A DNA stretch of 64,000 bases from a virus. This document shows, piece by piece, positions 14,924 to 24,850 of this stretch. Where the stretch lies: IMG/VR virus record IMGVR_UViG_3300015360_000025; one strand, written 5' to 3'. Numbering within the stretch: the stretch's first letter is position 1; the number at the start of each line of letters is the position of its first letter. A model generated the notes under the pieces. The model made no database searches and was not told the DNA's origin. It worked only from the letters and a program-made list of their open reading frames with translations. A program made the translations under genes and the position numbers.

Positions 14924-17900
14924 ATGGCACGATTACCCACAAACCTAAAAGAGCTCAAGGCCTACAACGAGTTGCTGGGTGATATCAGCGTCAAGCTCGA
15001 TAAATTGTCTTCACTTGGGGGTGAGCTACTCAAGGTCGACGTTGATAGCTTCTTCCAGGCCAGAGACCACGTCTCCGATTTTGAAGCCAAGCTACGTTCT
15101 GCTGCCAAGATCGCTCCAGAACTGTCTCGGGGTCTTCAGAAGTACGCTGTGATCCAGAAAAAGATCAACGAGATGGAGAAGAACAGAATCAAACTTCAAG
15201 AAAGACTTGAAGCTCTTCAGCTTTCTGCCACTAAGAGGACCAAAGAAGAGAACGAGGAACTCAAGAAGACCGAGGAAAAGATCGGGGAAATTAACAAAGA
15301 GCTTGGGGAGATGAACGAGCAACTCACTAGCTCTAAGATGATTGCTGGTGCCGTTGGGAAGGTCATAGGTGGTTCGGTACTCAACGCCGTAGAGAGTCTC
15401 TCTGCCGCGGCCGTCAACTTTGGAATGGCTGTTACGAGCTGGTCGTTTGATAAAGCGATCGCTGGGCTCAAGCACATTTACGACTTTCAGGAGCGTTCGA
15501 CAAAGGCTGCCGGAACATTCCGACTTGAAATGGGAGCGTTCACTCAGGATATCAAGACAGCTACCAAGACAGCTTCAGCTCTTGACGGACAGATCCGGTC
15601 GTTGACTGGTGGCGACATCGGAGAAGGATTCAAGGCATACAGTGAGTTCTCTGAAGGACTTGGCTTTGTCAATGCTGAGACTGACAAGTTTGCCAAGTCT
15701 GCGTGGGAGATCGGACGGGCGACTGGCGTAGGAACCGAAGCGGTCGGAAAGTTCTATCGGGCTATTAGTATCCAAACGGATTCGTTTGCAGATGGCAGGA
15801 AGGAGACAGCCGAGTTCACGGAAGCGTTGAGAGACGGAGCTAACGAATCAGGGATGAGTGTTGCCAAGTTCTCGAAAGAGATCGCTGGTTCTATGGGATT
15901 CATGGCTCGTTTCGGGAAGGCTGGACGGAAGACCTTCACTGACACGGCCAAGTATGCCGCCAAGTTGGGTGTGTCACTGAAGTCTCTGGAAGCCTTCACA
16001 GATCTCACAGATACGTTCGAGGGGGCCGCGGAAGCATCGGCCAAGATGAACAGCACATTTGGTACCTCCATCAATGCTCTCGACCTCATGCTCGAGCAGG
16101 ATCCTTCAAAGCGATTTGAGCAGGTACGACAGTCTATGTTGGCCCAGGGTCGGACGATGAAGGACCTAATGCCACAGGAGGTGAAGTTTCTCGCCAAGAC
16201 ACTCGCCATCTCAGACGAGGAAGTCCAGGCGGCTATCAGGGAAGGGAAGACGATTGAAGAGGTGGCCAAGGCACGTGAGAAGGCTGGGAGTGAGAAGGAG
16301 AATCAGGAACGTAGTATCCGAAATGCTCTATCGATGACGGCCCAGACCCTTTTCAACTTTAGGCGAGCTTGGGATGGTCTCACTGGAGTTATCACTAAGG
16401 CTCTTGAACCGCTAGCTGGATTCCTTGGTCTCTCTAGCCAAGTCGGTGATAAGACGAAGAAGATCACGACGTTCGGTGGAGTTATGACCGAGATGTTCGC
16501 CCGGTTGGCTAAGGTGATTGAAAAGGTTGCCAATAGTTCTAAGTTTCAGGATTTCCTGAAGATTGTGGCTGCAGACTTGGGTACTCTCTTCAAGAGGATC
16601 GACGAATTTCTTGGTGGACAAGGACTAGACAAGCTCATCGATGGTGTGACATCGACGCTCAAGGTATTCTATGACCTTGTGAAGAAGGCCTTCGGTCTCA
16701 TCTACGAAAAGAAAGATACTATTATCGGATTCTTCAGCAGTCTTGCTGAGAACATGGGTGTAATCCTCGCTCTCTTTGCTGGGGCAAAGTTCGCTAAGAT
16801 GATGCTAGGAGTTGGTCAATTCGGGAAGAGTGCCTTCGATCTATTCAAGGCAATCGGAACAGTAGCTGGTGCGGGAGCTGCTGCGCCCGCTGCGGTGGCA
16901 TCTGCTGCGCCCGCTGCGGTGGCAGCAGGAGCGACTGGAGCAGGAGCCGCTGGAGCAGGAGCCGCTGGAGCAGGAGCTGGTGGAGCTGGTGTTCTAGGCA
17001 TTGGTCTTGGACCACTTCTTGCCATTGTAGCCGCCATTGCAGCAGCTGTATATGTGGCTTACGAAGCAGTCCAGGCTTTTAAGAAAGACGTTGGTGGGCT
17101 AGCGACAAGCATCATGGAGAAGTTCGACAGCATTTCGGAGCGGCTATCGATAATTTTCACTCCTTTCCTCGAGAAGGTAATTTATCCTATCGGTAGGACG
17201 ATTGGCGAGATCTTGGATCCAGTTCTGAAGATGTTCGGAGGAGACGGAACTCTAGGTGAATTCTTCGGGACGGCAGTCTTGAAGTACATCGACGACATGA
17301 TGACTAGTTTCGATCAGTTCCTCACTGTCATCCAGCTTATGATCGAATACGCGGAGGAATTTGCCGGGTTCGTCAGCGACGTCGGAGGGTTTCTCTACGA
17401 GTTGGTTGAACCGACCATTAAAGATATCAAATATCTCTGGGGAGAATTGGGCATATACATCTCTGGAATGTTCACAAGCATCAAGACTGTGGTTGTTGAT
17501 GTCTTCACTGGCATTTTCAAATTTATTACGACGCAGGCCGATCTGATCGTAAGTTTCTGGAAGCAGGCTCTTTCGAAGATCCCGTTCTTCGGTGATTCTT
17601 TCAAAGATGGGCCCAAGGATGATGTAAAGAAAGAACCTGGCTGGCTCGACAGAGTCGTCAAGTTTGGTGCCGATATCGGGACGTCAATCGGGAACGATGT
17701 CACAGCGAAGCTAGACCGTATCGAAGCTACGAAGAATGAGGGACTTCGGAAGAGAGGAAAATCACAGGGCGTAATGAGTATGCCTGAGCTGGATCTCACT
17801 GGTGGAAGGGTTACACCAGCTGCGCCGATATCTCCTGCCAAGAACGAGATGGTGTTTCCAGAGATGGATCTCTCAAGTGGTAGCGTCGCCGCACCTGGGA

Positions 17901-18049
17901 AAGCACCTCCTGGAACGAAACAGAACCTCGCAGACAAAAAGAAGACGGCTGCGGCTGCAGGTGACAAGGTTACGCTAGTGGCGGGAGATGTCTACCTTGA
18001 CGGTGGTCTGGTCGGACGTCACCTGGCAAGACTGGCACGTACTAGCTGA
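14924..18049 (+). CDS. tape measure protein
   Basis: 1041 aa, coiled-coil N-terminus, Ala/Gly-rich amphipathic segments, C-terminal GDVYLDG..VG. Follows the chaperone. Confidence 0.85.
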   Translation: MARLPTNLKELKAYNELLGDISVKLDKLSSLGGELLKVDVDSFFQARDHVSDFEAKLRSAAKIAPELSRGLQKYAVIQKKINEMEKNRIKLQERLEALQLSATKRTKEENEELKKTEEKIGEINKELGEMNEQLTSSKMIAGAVGKVIGGSVLNAVESLSAAAVNFGMAVTSWSFDKAIAGLKHIYDFQERSTKAAGTFRLEMGAFTQDIKTATKTASALDGQIRSLTGGDIGEGFKAYSEFSEGLGFVNAETDKFAKSAWEIGRATGVGTEAVGKFYRAISIQTDSFADGRKETAEFTEALRDGANESGMSVAKFSKEIAGSMGFMARFGKAGRKTFTDTAKYAAKLGVSLKSLEAFTDLTDTFEGAAEASAKMNSTFGTSINALDLMLEQDPSKRFEQVRQSMLAQGRTMKDLMPQEVKFLAKTLAISDEEVQAAIREGKTIEEVAKAREKAGSEKENQERSIRNALSMTAQTLFNFRRAWDGLTGVITKALEPLAGFLGLSSQVGDKTKKITTFGGVMTEMFARLAKVIEKVANSSKFQDFLKIVAADLGTLFKRIDEFLGGQGLDKLIDGVTSTLKVFYDLVKKAFGLIYEKKDTIIGFFSSLAENMGVILALFAGAKFAKMMLGVGQFGKSAFDLFKAIGTVAGAGAAAPAAVASAAPAAVAAGATGAGAAGAGAAGAGAGGAGVLGIGLGPLLAIVAAIAAAVYVAYEAVQAFKKDVGGLATSIMEKFDSISERLSIIFTPFLEKVIYPIGRTIGEILDPVLKMFGGDGTLGEFFGTAVLKYIDDMMTSFDQFLTVIQLMIEYAEEFAGFVSDVGGFLYELVEPTIKDIKYLWGELGIYISGMFTSIKTVVVDVFTGIFKFITTQADLIVSFWKQALSKIPFFGDSFKDGPKDDVKKEPGWLDRVVKFGADIGTSIGNDVTAKLDRIEATKNEGLRKRGKSQGVMSMPELDLTGGRVTPAAPISPAKNEMVFPEMDLSSGSVAAPGKAPPGTKQNLADKKKTAAAAGDKVTLVAGDVYLDGGLVGRHLARLARTS
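16880..16978 (+). repeat. short tandem repeats in tape measure gene
   Basis: GCTGCGCCCGCTGCGGTGGCA x2 (24-nt period), then GGAGCAGGAGCCGCT x2 plus a partial third copy (15-nt period). Confidence 0.85.
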
Positions 18050-18058
18050 GGATAGAAT

Positions 18059-20194
18059 ATGGCTCATGAAGTAGAACTACTCGGTAAGTTCCTCGGCACT
18101 CGGGCGAAGAATCCCGACACTGCCGCTTCTCCGTATGACCCGGTCAAAGAGAGTCCACTTGAGCTGGACCTGCCGAACCACGACCTTACCTTCTCCAAGC
18201 CTGCCCCATTGCCACCTCCACCCAAGGTGGAACTGAGCGCACCGAGCGCCCTCCCGCCTCCTCCAGCGGTGGTCCTAGACCCGATCGATCCCATCCCGGA
18301 TCCTCCAAAGGTGATCCTCTCCGTTCCGGCGGTCCTTCCGCCGGAACCACCGCCGCCAGCTTCCATCCCAGGGATCCTTCCGCCTCCTCCGGCGACCGTC
18401 AATATTCTGCCGACTCCGCTTCCACCACCGCCGGCGACCGTCAATCTCTTGCCGCATGCGTTGCCACCACCGCCGGCGACCACGAATCTTCTGCCTCACG
18501 CGTTGCCACCTCCTCCGGCGACCGTCAATCTTCTGCCTCACGTACTTCCCCCGCCGCCGGCGACCGTGCGGAGCATCCCCGGACTGCTTCCTCCGCTCCC
18601 GTTGACTACAAAGTCGATTCCGGCCGCGCTTCCTCCTCCTCCAGCGTTCGTGATTCCTCCTTCGAATCAAATCATCATGCCGAAGCCTGCGCCACCGGGT
18701 CCACCGCCGTTCGTAGAACCTCCAGACTTTGAGGTGAAGTACGGACCACTCGACAACAAGCTTGACTGCACTCCTCAGGAAGCTCCAGATCCGAAGCTGG
18801 TCAATCCACTGGCGACACCGAATTCTGGTTACTCTATCCTGGGAGAGACGTACTCTCCACTTCTTGGAGCGGCAGATCCAGGTACGCTCTCTGGCGATCC
18901 ATTCATGTACGCCCGCCAGGTGGAACGCCAGCTCCGCATCAGTCCAGGCAAGATCACCCTCCACGCACTCACACAAGTAGGTCTCTTCGCCCAGAACGTC
19001 TACGGTACCGTCTGGAATCCAGCGTTGATGGCTCCCCCTCCGGGAAGCAGTGAGTTTCTTCTGCCGGCTCTGGACCTCGGCGGTGGTGGTATCGGGGCGT
19101 TCGACAAGACGAACAAGGACAACCAGGAAGGGAAGACAGAGGAGCGCCAAGTCCAGATCGGCGAACTCGTTGATGCCGTCCTTGACAAGACGTTTGAAAA
19201 GGGGAACACCACTGGCAAGAACCTCGTGGGACCGAATCCGGGGTACGGTCCGAACAACGATGCCATCGCCCGCATCGCTCCGAGGCAGAGTCTCTCGCGA
19301 GGACTTTCTGCGGCCTTCGACAATGTCGCCGCAACCATCAGTTCAGTCGCCAAGAACGGTCTGAATCCTCCAAAGTCAAAGGAAGACCTGCTCAAGAAAT
19401 GGGGGATGGCATTCGAGAATGGTGTCATGCCGATGCGTCTACGTGGAGATAATAAGTTCGGTTTCCGGACGTTCCAGGGTGGTCCAGGTGGAGGGCCGGG
19501 GGATGAGACGTCTCCAGATTCAGTGTACCTGCCTCTTTGCTTTACGGACCTCCGTCCCGTCGGGAATGTCTACAGGACAGTGTACTTCAGACCGATAATC
19601 ACGAGCCTGACAGAAGGTCTTGCTCCTGAGTGGAACAAGGCGCAGTACTACGGACGTGTCGATCCTGTCGCTACGTATATGTCGACCACGCGCACGATCA
19701 ACATGAGCTTTGAGCTACACGCGTTTGGTCCAGAAGATGTGAGGACTATTTATCAGAAGCTGCACTGGCTTTCTTCGATGGTATACCCTGAGTACGACAA
19801 CAATCTTGTGTACAAGTCTGGACCGGTCGTTCGTATGCGAGTCGGTGATCTTGTCAACGCTGTCGGTCCCGAGGGTGGACGTGGTTTACCCGGGATCATC
19901 GAGAGTCTCGACTACGATTACTCAGAGTCACTCTGGGAACTCAAAGAAAACTACAAGCTTCCTCGACAGGTCAAGGTCACTCTTACGTTCACCGTCCTGC
20001 ACGATCTCCCAATCGGCCGTGGAGCTGAGGGAAGGTTTGGCGGTATGGGTCTGATCAATAGCGATGGATTGTACGAGGCTAACCAGATTGATGGTGAGGT
20101 CCTTGTTGATTCGACGGCCTTCCGGCAGTTCGGCACGGGTGCACCTGTTCGATACAACACTCTGGCTAAAGCCAAAGACGAGACAGAGGAGTAA
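18059..20194 (+). CDS. baseplate/tail-tube initiator protein with Pro-rich N-terminus
   Basis: C-terminal F..IT.LTE...PEWN...YYGR.DPV.TY..T.R.I...F.L and P.VR.RVGDL...G.IESL.Y domain. N-terminal Pro-rich repeats. Confidence 0.75.
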   Translation: MAHEVELLGKFLGTRAKNPDTAASPYDPVKESPLELDLPNHDLTFSKPAPLPPPPKVELSAPSALPPPPAVVLDPIDPIPDPPKVILSVPAVLPPEPPPPASIPGILPPPPATVNILPTPLPPPPATVNLLPHALPPPPATTNLLPHALPPPPATVNLLPHVLPPPPATVRSIPGLLPPLPLTTKSIPAALPPPPAFVIPPSNQIIMPKPAPPGPPPFVEPPDFEVKYGPLDNKLDCTPQEAPDPKLVNPLATPNSGYSILGETYSPLLGAADPGTLSGDPFMYARQVERQLRISPGKITLHALTQVGLFAQNVYGTVWNPALMAPPPGSSEFLLPALDLGGGGIGAFDKTNKDNQEGKTEERQVQIGELVDAVLDKTFEKGNTTGKNLVGPNPGYGPNNDAIARIAPRQSLSRGLSAAFDNVAATISSVAKNGLNPPKSKEDLLKKWGMAFENGVMPMRLRGDNKFGFRTFQGGPGGGPGDETSPDSVYLPLCFTDLRPVGNVYRTVYFRPIITSLTEGLAPEWNKAQYYGRVDPVATYMSTTRTINMSFELHAFGPEDVRTIYQKLHWLSSMVYPEYDNNLVYKSGPVVRMRVGDLVNAVGPEGGRGLPGIIESLDYDYSESLWELKENYKLPRQVKVTLTFTVLHDLPIGRGAEGRFGGMGLINSDGLYEANQIDGEVLVDSTAFRQFGTGAPVRYNTLAKAKDETEE
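18380..18650 (+). repeat. 42-nt (14-aa) Pro-rich tandem repeat, ~6.5 units
   Basis: PPPPATVN(L/I)LP(H/T)(A/P/V)L units starting at 18380, 18422, 18464, 18506, 18548, 18590, 18632. Confidence 0.9.
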
Positions 20195-20197
20195 TCG

Positions 20198-20512
20198 ATG
20201 GCTAAGAGTCGCCACAGCGATACTGGATTGGTCGATGGGAAGCACTACAAGAGCTTCATCCTTCCCAAGGCGGCCGCGGGATTAAAGAATGTCGACCTCC
20301 TCCAAGGGGTCAAGACGACTGAGTACGTCTACAAGGCTGCCGATCGACTTGACCATGTTGCTGCCAAGTTTCTCGGTGATGATCAATACTGGTGGGTGAT
20401 CGCCCTCGTCAACGGAATCAACTATCCATTCGCGTCTGGTGGTCTGGTACCAGGACGTGTGCTTAGGATCCCTGTCTTTGTGAAGGACGTCCTTGATAAG
20501 CTGTTGGGGTGA
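20198..20512 (+). CDS. baseplate wedge protein (gp53/LysM-like)
   Basis: Y..K..DRLD..A.KF.GD..YWWVIA..NGI motif. Confidence 0.85.
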   Translation: MAKSRHSDTGLVDGKHYKSFILPKAAAGLKNVDLLQGVKTTEYVYKAADRLDHVAAKFLGDDQYWWVIALVNGINYPFASGGLVPGRVLRIPVFVKDVLDKLLG

Positions 20513-20515
20513 TGC

Positions 20516-22276
20516 ATGCCTTACGAAAATCCAGAACATTTTCAGGTTCAGGGGAAGGATGATAAGCCGTTCGCGCTCGTCTCTCAGGCGGCCGTTGAAC
20601 TTCTTGAAGGGATCCTTCCGGCTGAGAAGGCTCAGTCTGTCCCGTACATCTTGATCTGGCAGATCGATCCGTCGACAGGGAAAGCCAAAAACAGTCCATT
20701 GTCCAATGGGTATTCCGAATTCCCCCTCAGCCTTGCATACGTCGAGCCACCGAAATTCGGAGCACAAGTGGGTGCCGAATTCAGGTTCCGGGAGCGTCCC
20801 CCAGTGTCGCTGGAACGCATCTCTATCAAGTCACAGAACCCACGTGGACTGATCATGTACCGGTTGGTAGAACTCAACTTCACGGTCCACCGTCCCGACG
20901 TTGTCTTTGGCGAACCAGCAGTTGACGGACATGATGCTTGGTCTTCCCTAGTCAACCTCGGTACAGTACACGCGCTTGAATACGGTTGGTCATCATCCCA
21001 AGGAGTCAAGAACGGTATTCTGAATGGTGAGGGATTCTCCGATCCCAACAAGGATGTTGCCATCACCGGAAGACAACAGGTCAGATTCGTCGTGACGAGC
21101 TATACGTTTACCATCCAACCGGACAATCAGATCAAGTTCGTCATCAAGGGATTTGAAGATGGTGAGTTCAACTTGCGTCAGGCAGAGATCGCGAAGAACC
21201 CGGCCACCGATGCTCAGAAGAAAGAATCTGGGAAGATAAAGATCAAAGAGAAGACCGATCCAAACTCCTACGACGGAAAGCCAATTAAGGATTTGATAAA
21301 GAAGCTTCAGGACGACGTGGCCGGAAACGCCACTAATGACAGGAAAAAAGGTGGTAAGGTCGTGTTCTTTGGAAAGCTCTTCGACGTCGTCTTTGCTAAG
21401 AAGATCGAAGAGGCGTACAAAGAGTTGGGCTATGAGCTTGAAGGAATCTTCATGGGGAGATTCAACGGTCGCTGCGGCACTCCGGCTCCGAAGTATGGTT
21501 CGACCAGCATGAAGGACGCTCCTATCTCAGACTTTACGTTCCCGCTTGACGACATAGAGAAACACTTTCGGGAACTCATCAAAGCTGGAGCTCAGTTGAC
21601 GCTTCATAACTTCATTAACTCGTTCCTTCGTTTGTTCGAACAGCAACACGTCTGGGACAGGAAGGATGGAAAGAACGACAAGGACACGACCGTCCCTCAG
21701 ATCCACATGCGAAGTATCCAACGTCGGGACCGCGGTGGCAAGTTGAAGGTGTCGTTTCATATTTTCGATGCGACCAGAGAGTTTACCAAGTTTACCAAGG
21801 ACGATTCTCAAAAGCTTCCGAAGGAGAACCAGACCAGGGCAAACATTAAGAAGATCGTTCAAGACAAGGGAATCCCGTTCGTCTCTCTTGTACGCGCCAA
21901 CTCGTTTGTCAAAGACTGTAACTTCGACACAGTGATGGATGAGCAGCAGGCCGGTATTCTCATGCGTCGGGCTCTGACCGAATCTTCGACACGGCAGGCA
22001 AAGGTTGAGAACGCCGACCTGGCATCAAAGGAGAATAGGCTCGTCGGGGCTGTACAACTCTTCTCCCCCGTCATCAACGGGAATATCACGATGATTGGGA
22101 ACTTCGTCTTTGATGTCTTCGCCCTCATTTGGATAGAGTTTGGAGTCAGGCAGTGGGATGGTCCTTTCAACATCGCCGAGAAGGAAGACCTCATCACGCG
22201 TGGTGATTTCACCACGACTCTCAAGCTTTACTCCGCCGGTACTGACCCACTCGGGACCAAGGCGTCCAAGAAGTAA
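20516..22276 (+). CDS. probable baseplate hub protein
   Basis: 586 aa after the LysM-like wedge gene. C-terminal ..GN..F.....I......Q....Y.I...D.I....F.T.L pattern typical of hub proteins. Confidence 0.55.
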   Translation: MPYENPEHFQVQGKDDKPFALVSQAAVELLEGILPAEKAQSVPYILIWQIDPSTGKAKNSPLSNGYSEFPLSLAYVEPPKFGAQVGAEFRFRERPPVSLERISIKSQNPRGLIMYRLVELNFTVHRPDVVFGEPAVDGHDAWSSLVNLGTVHALEYGWSSSQGVKNGILNGEGFSDPNKDVAITGRQQVRFVVTSYTFTIQPDNQIKFVIKGFEDGEFNLRQAEIAKNPATDAQKKESGKIKIKEKTDPNSYDGKPIKDLIKKLQDDVAGNATNDRKKGGKVVFFGKLFDVVFAKKIEEAYKELGYELEGIFMGRFNGRCGTPAPKYGSTSMKDAPISDFTFPLDDIEKHFRELIKAGAQLTLHNFINSFLRLFEQQHVWDRKDGKNDKDTTVPQIHMRSIQRRDRGGKLKVSFHIFDATREFTKFTKDDSQKLPKENQTRANIKKIVQDKGIPFVSLVRANSFVKDCNFDTVMDEQQAGILMRRALTESSTRQAKVENADLASKENRLVGAVQLFSPVINGNITMIGNFVFDVFALIWIEFGVRQWDGPFNIAEKEDLITRGDFTTTLKLYSAGTDPLGTKASKK

Positions 22277-22309
22277 ACCTCTCGTCACATCATATGATAA
22301 GATGGTGGC

Positions 22310-23689
22310 ATGTACAAATTCATCGATGGGTACCTCGATCGCTCCCATCATTACGAGATCTTTCAGGACGGAATCGTTACTTCTGGCAAACATGATCCTC
22401 TTATCCGAGTTAGAGTTCCGGAACGTATAGTCTGTTTCGATTCACGGAAGATCTTCGCTCTCGGTGTAGAACAGGACTCTCTTTACCCTAGTCCTGTATA
22501 CGACATTAAGCTACTATACAGCCACGATGGAGAGCTCTCTCGCCTGGTTCGTAGCATCGATATCCCGATCCGTGGGGATTACCTTGAGCTGGAGAAACGC
22601 TTCTCTGCGCACACCAAGGCCATTGTTGCAGGTAAGGTGGATGTGGAGACGATCCCACTCCGAGAGTTGATCCCTGATGATCTTCGCCACGAGTATATGT
22701 ACGCTCGACTCTCGGCGATGAGACAGCTTTGGGAGAGGTTGACCGAGAAGGACTTGGTCAACTACGAAAAGAATGTGTATCCGATCTACCAGGACATTCT
22801 CATCATCGAGAAAGCTGGGATAAAGATCGACGAGACGTATGTCGCCTCACAGCTTAAGAGGAATGACTTGGCCTCTCATGAGGACAGTTTTTTCAAGAAC
22901 ATTATTGGAAACACGAAGAACGGCTTCGCGAAGACGAAGATAAGTCCAGTCGGTTCGAAGACTTGGCGGCTTCGTGTGGAGGGTGGATTCAATTGCATGG
23001 CGATCCCACATGGCGTATGCCGCAAGGCGATCGTTAGCAGGTTCGATGGAGGTACAATCACTACATTTGATTTCAATGCTATTGACTACCGTTGTCTGGT
23101 AAGGGCGACAGGCGATGACAAGTTGAACGAATTCTACGGTGGGTGCCGAGACTTTCACACTCGGACCGCGTCAATCCTGGGGGAAGTGACGCCAGAACTG
23201 CGAGTGTCAACAAAGAAGATCGCCTACACACACATCTACGGTGGATCGACCGAGACCCTCCAGAAACAGACGCTTCTTCCCAGAGCAGTCCTCGCCGAAC
23301 GAATACAGAAACTAGACGTGCTGTTCGCCCCAATCACCGACTTCAGGAAGCGCTTGAGCGACCAATCGAGGATCGACGGCTTCCTCATCACTCCTGGCGG
23401 TCACGTCGTGAAGATTGAGAAGGGAGACCACGATGGCAAGATCATCGGACTTTTCGGCCAGACATACAGTTCGTCAATCTTCAATGTGGCGGTGAAGGTT
23501 GTCAACAACATTTTGAAGATTAGGAATAGACAGAGTCGGATAATCTTCACTGTGCACGATGAGATCGTGCTTGATCTCCACCCTGACGAACGGGAGCTAT
23601 TGAAAAATCTGGCAGATGCAATGGAAGTGGCGACAGGATTCGTGGTCAAGGAAAAGGAAGGGAAAAGCTATGGCGAAGCAACCGACTGA
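22310..23689 (+). CDS. polA: family A DNA polymerase (compact)
   Basis: Motif A FDFNAIDYR, DFHT.TA, motif B R...KKIAYTHIYGG, motif C FTVHDEIV. Confidence 0.9.
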   Translation: MYKFIDGYLDRSHHYEIFQDGIVTSGKHDPLIRVRVPERIVCFDSRKIFALGVEQDSLYPSPVYDIKLLYSHDGELSRLVRSIDIPIRGDYLELEKRFSAHTKAIVAGKVDVETIPLRELIPDDLRHEYMYARLSAMRQLWERLTEKDLVNYEKNVYPIYQDILIIEKAGIKIDETYVASQLKRNDLASHEDSFFKNIIGNTKNGFAKTKISPVGSKTWRLRVEGGFNCMAIPHGVCRKAIVSRFDGGTITTFDFNAIDYRCLVRATGDDKLNEFYGGCRDFHTRTASILGEVTPELRVSTKKIAYTHIYGGSTETLQKQTLLPRAVLAERIQKLDVLFAPITDFRKRLSDQSRIDGFLITPGGHVVKIEKGDHDGKIIGLFGQTYSSSIFNVAVKVVNNILKIRNRQSRIIFTVHDEIVLDLHPDERELLKNLADAMEVATGFVVKEKEGKSYGEATD

Positions 23690-24263
23690 AGAAGAGATCA
23701 TCCAAGCTGCCGAACGTCTCACGGGATTTTTCGACTTCCTTCCCGAACCGCGAAGGGACCTGGTTCGAAAGATGATGGATGGTCCCGTCGGTCAGCAGTA
23801 TTCGACGTGTCCAGCCTCCTCGAGGGATGACTACCACAGCTGCTTCCCAGGTGGTCTCCTTATCCATTCTCTGAACGTAATCAGAAACTTGAACAAACTG
23901 TCAAAGGCACTCTGCCCAGGGAAGTACACTGATTCTACCCTCATATTCGTCGGGGCGTTCCACGATCTCGGGAAGGTGGGAGATGGTGAACAGCCGTACT
24001 ACGTCCCGAATCCGTCAGATTGGCACCGGCAAAAGGGCATGCTCTATGAGGTAAACAAAGAGTGCGTCTGGATGCCGACCTCTGAACGAGGCCTCTATAT
24101 CCTCCAGAAGCACGGGATTGAGGTCACTTCTGACGAATATCTGGCGATCCGACTGAACGACGGACAGTATGATGAAGCTAATCGTGGATATCGGATGAAA
24201 GAACCAGGGCTTGCGTTGTTGGTCCACTGGGCTGACATGTGGTCGTGTCAGCAAGAGAAATAG
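23670..24263 (+). CDS. HD-domain hydrolase (YhaM-like)
   Basis: PAS....YH..FPGGL..HSLNV, FHDLGKVG, LLVHWADM. Start moved to ATG 23670. Confidence 0.85.
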   Translation: MAKQPTEEEIIQAAERLTGFFDFLPEPRRDLVRKMMDGPVGQQYSTCPASSRDDYHSCFPGGLLIHSLNVIRNLNKLSKALCPGKYTDSTLIFVGAFHDLGKVGDGEQPYYVPNPSDWHRQKGMLYEVNKECVWMPTSERGLYILQKHGIEVTSDEYLAIRLNDGQYDEANRGYRMKEPGLALLVHWADMWSCQQEK

Positions 24264-24340
24264 TCACTTCAAGTCTAAACCCGAGAGGTGGGGCTACTTA
24301 AGTTGAGAAGTTCCGTCCTCTATATCTACGGGAGTCCAGG

Positions 24341-24850
24341 ATGAAAATCAAGAGATCAGTTTTGGAGAGAATCATCCGCGAGGAGCTCGCCAATCACATT
24401 CACGAGATGATGGAGGCTGCCCCAAAGGACAAAGAGGACACCGAAGTCGTCGACGCTTCTGCCGAAAAGAAGAGTAAGGAGAAGCCTGGCGGGAAGGGCG
24501 AAGAGAACCCGACAAAGCCACAAGGCTCCACCGGCGTGAAGCAGCCAGGTGGAAACGTACCTCCGGAAGTTCAGGTGGCTGACGAGCCAGAAGCTGACGA
24601 TGAGCTCGCGACCGACGTCGCCACTCCTGACGAAGAGGAAGATCCAGCAGAGATCACCGGAGGCAAAATCTCCGACGAGATCGCTGGTAAGACTATCCAG
24701 TCCATCTCTATGGAACCGAAGTCCAAGCTCCTGCCAGGTGCTATGGAGATCGCCATGACCTTCAGAGAGATCCCGGATCCGCTCAAGATCCTGATCACGA
24801 AAACGGGGCAGGTGAAATTCCATTTCAAATGGCTTCACAACGAGCTCTGA
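24341..24850 (+). CDS. acidic hypothetical protein, probable internal head protein
   Basis: N-terminal MKIKRSVLERIIREEL...MME-A leader, preceded by a CTACTTA motif at 24294. Confidence 0.7.
   Translation: MKIKRSVLERIIREELANHIHEMMEAAPKDKEDTEVVDASAEKKSKEKPGGKGEENPTKPQGSTGVKQPGGNVPPEVQVADEPEADDELATDVATPDEEEDPAEITGGKISDEIAGKTIQSISMEPKSKLLPGAMEIAMTFREIPDPLKILITKTGQVKFHFKWLHNEL

Noticed and set aside
18380-18650. Regularly spaced GC-rich repeats as a CRISPR array
   Set aside because: The units are contiguous 42-nt in-frame coding repeats with synonymous variation and no unique spacers. No CRISPR array was seen anywhere in the window.
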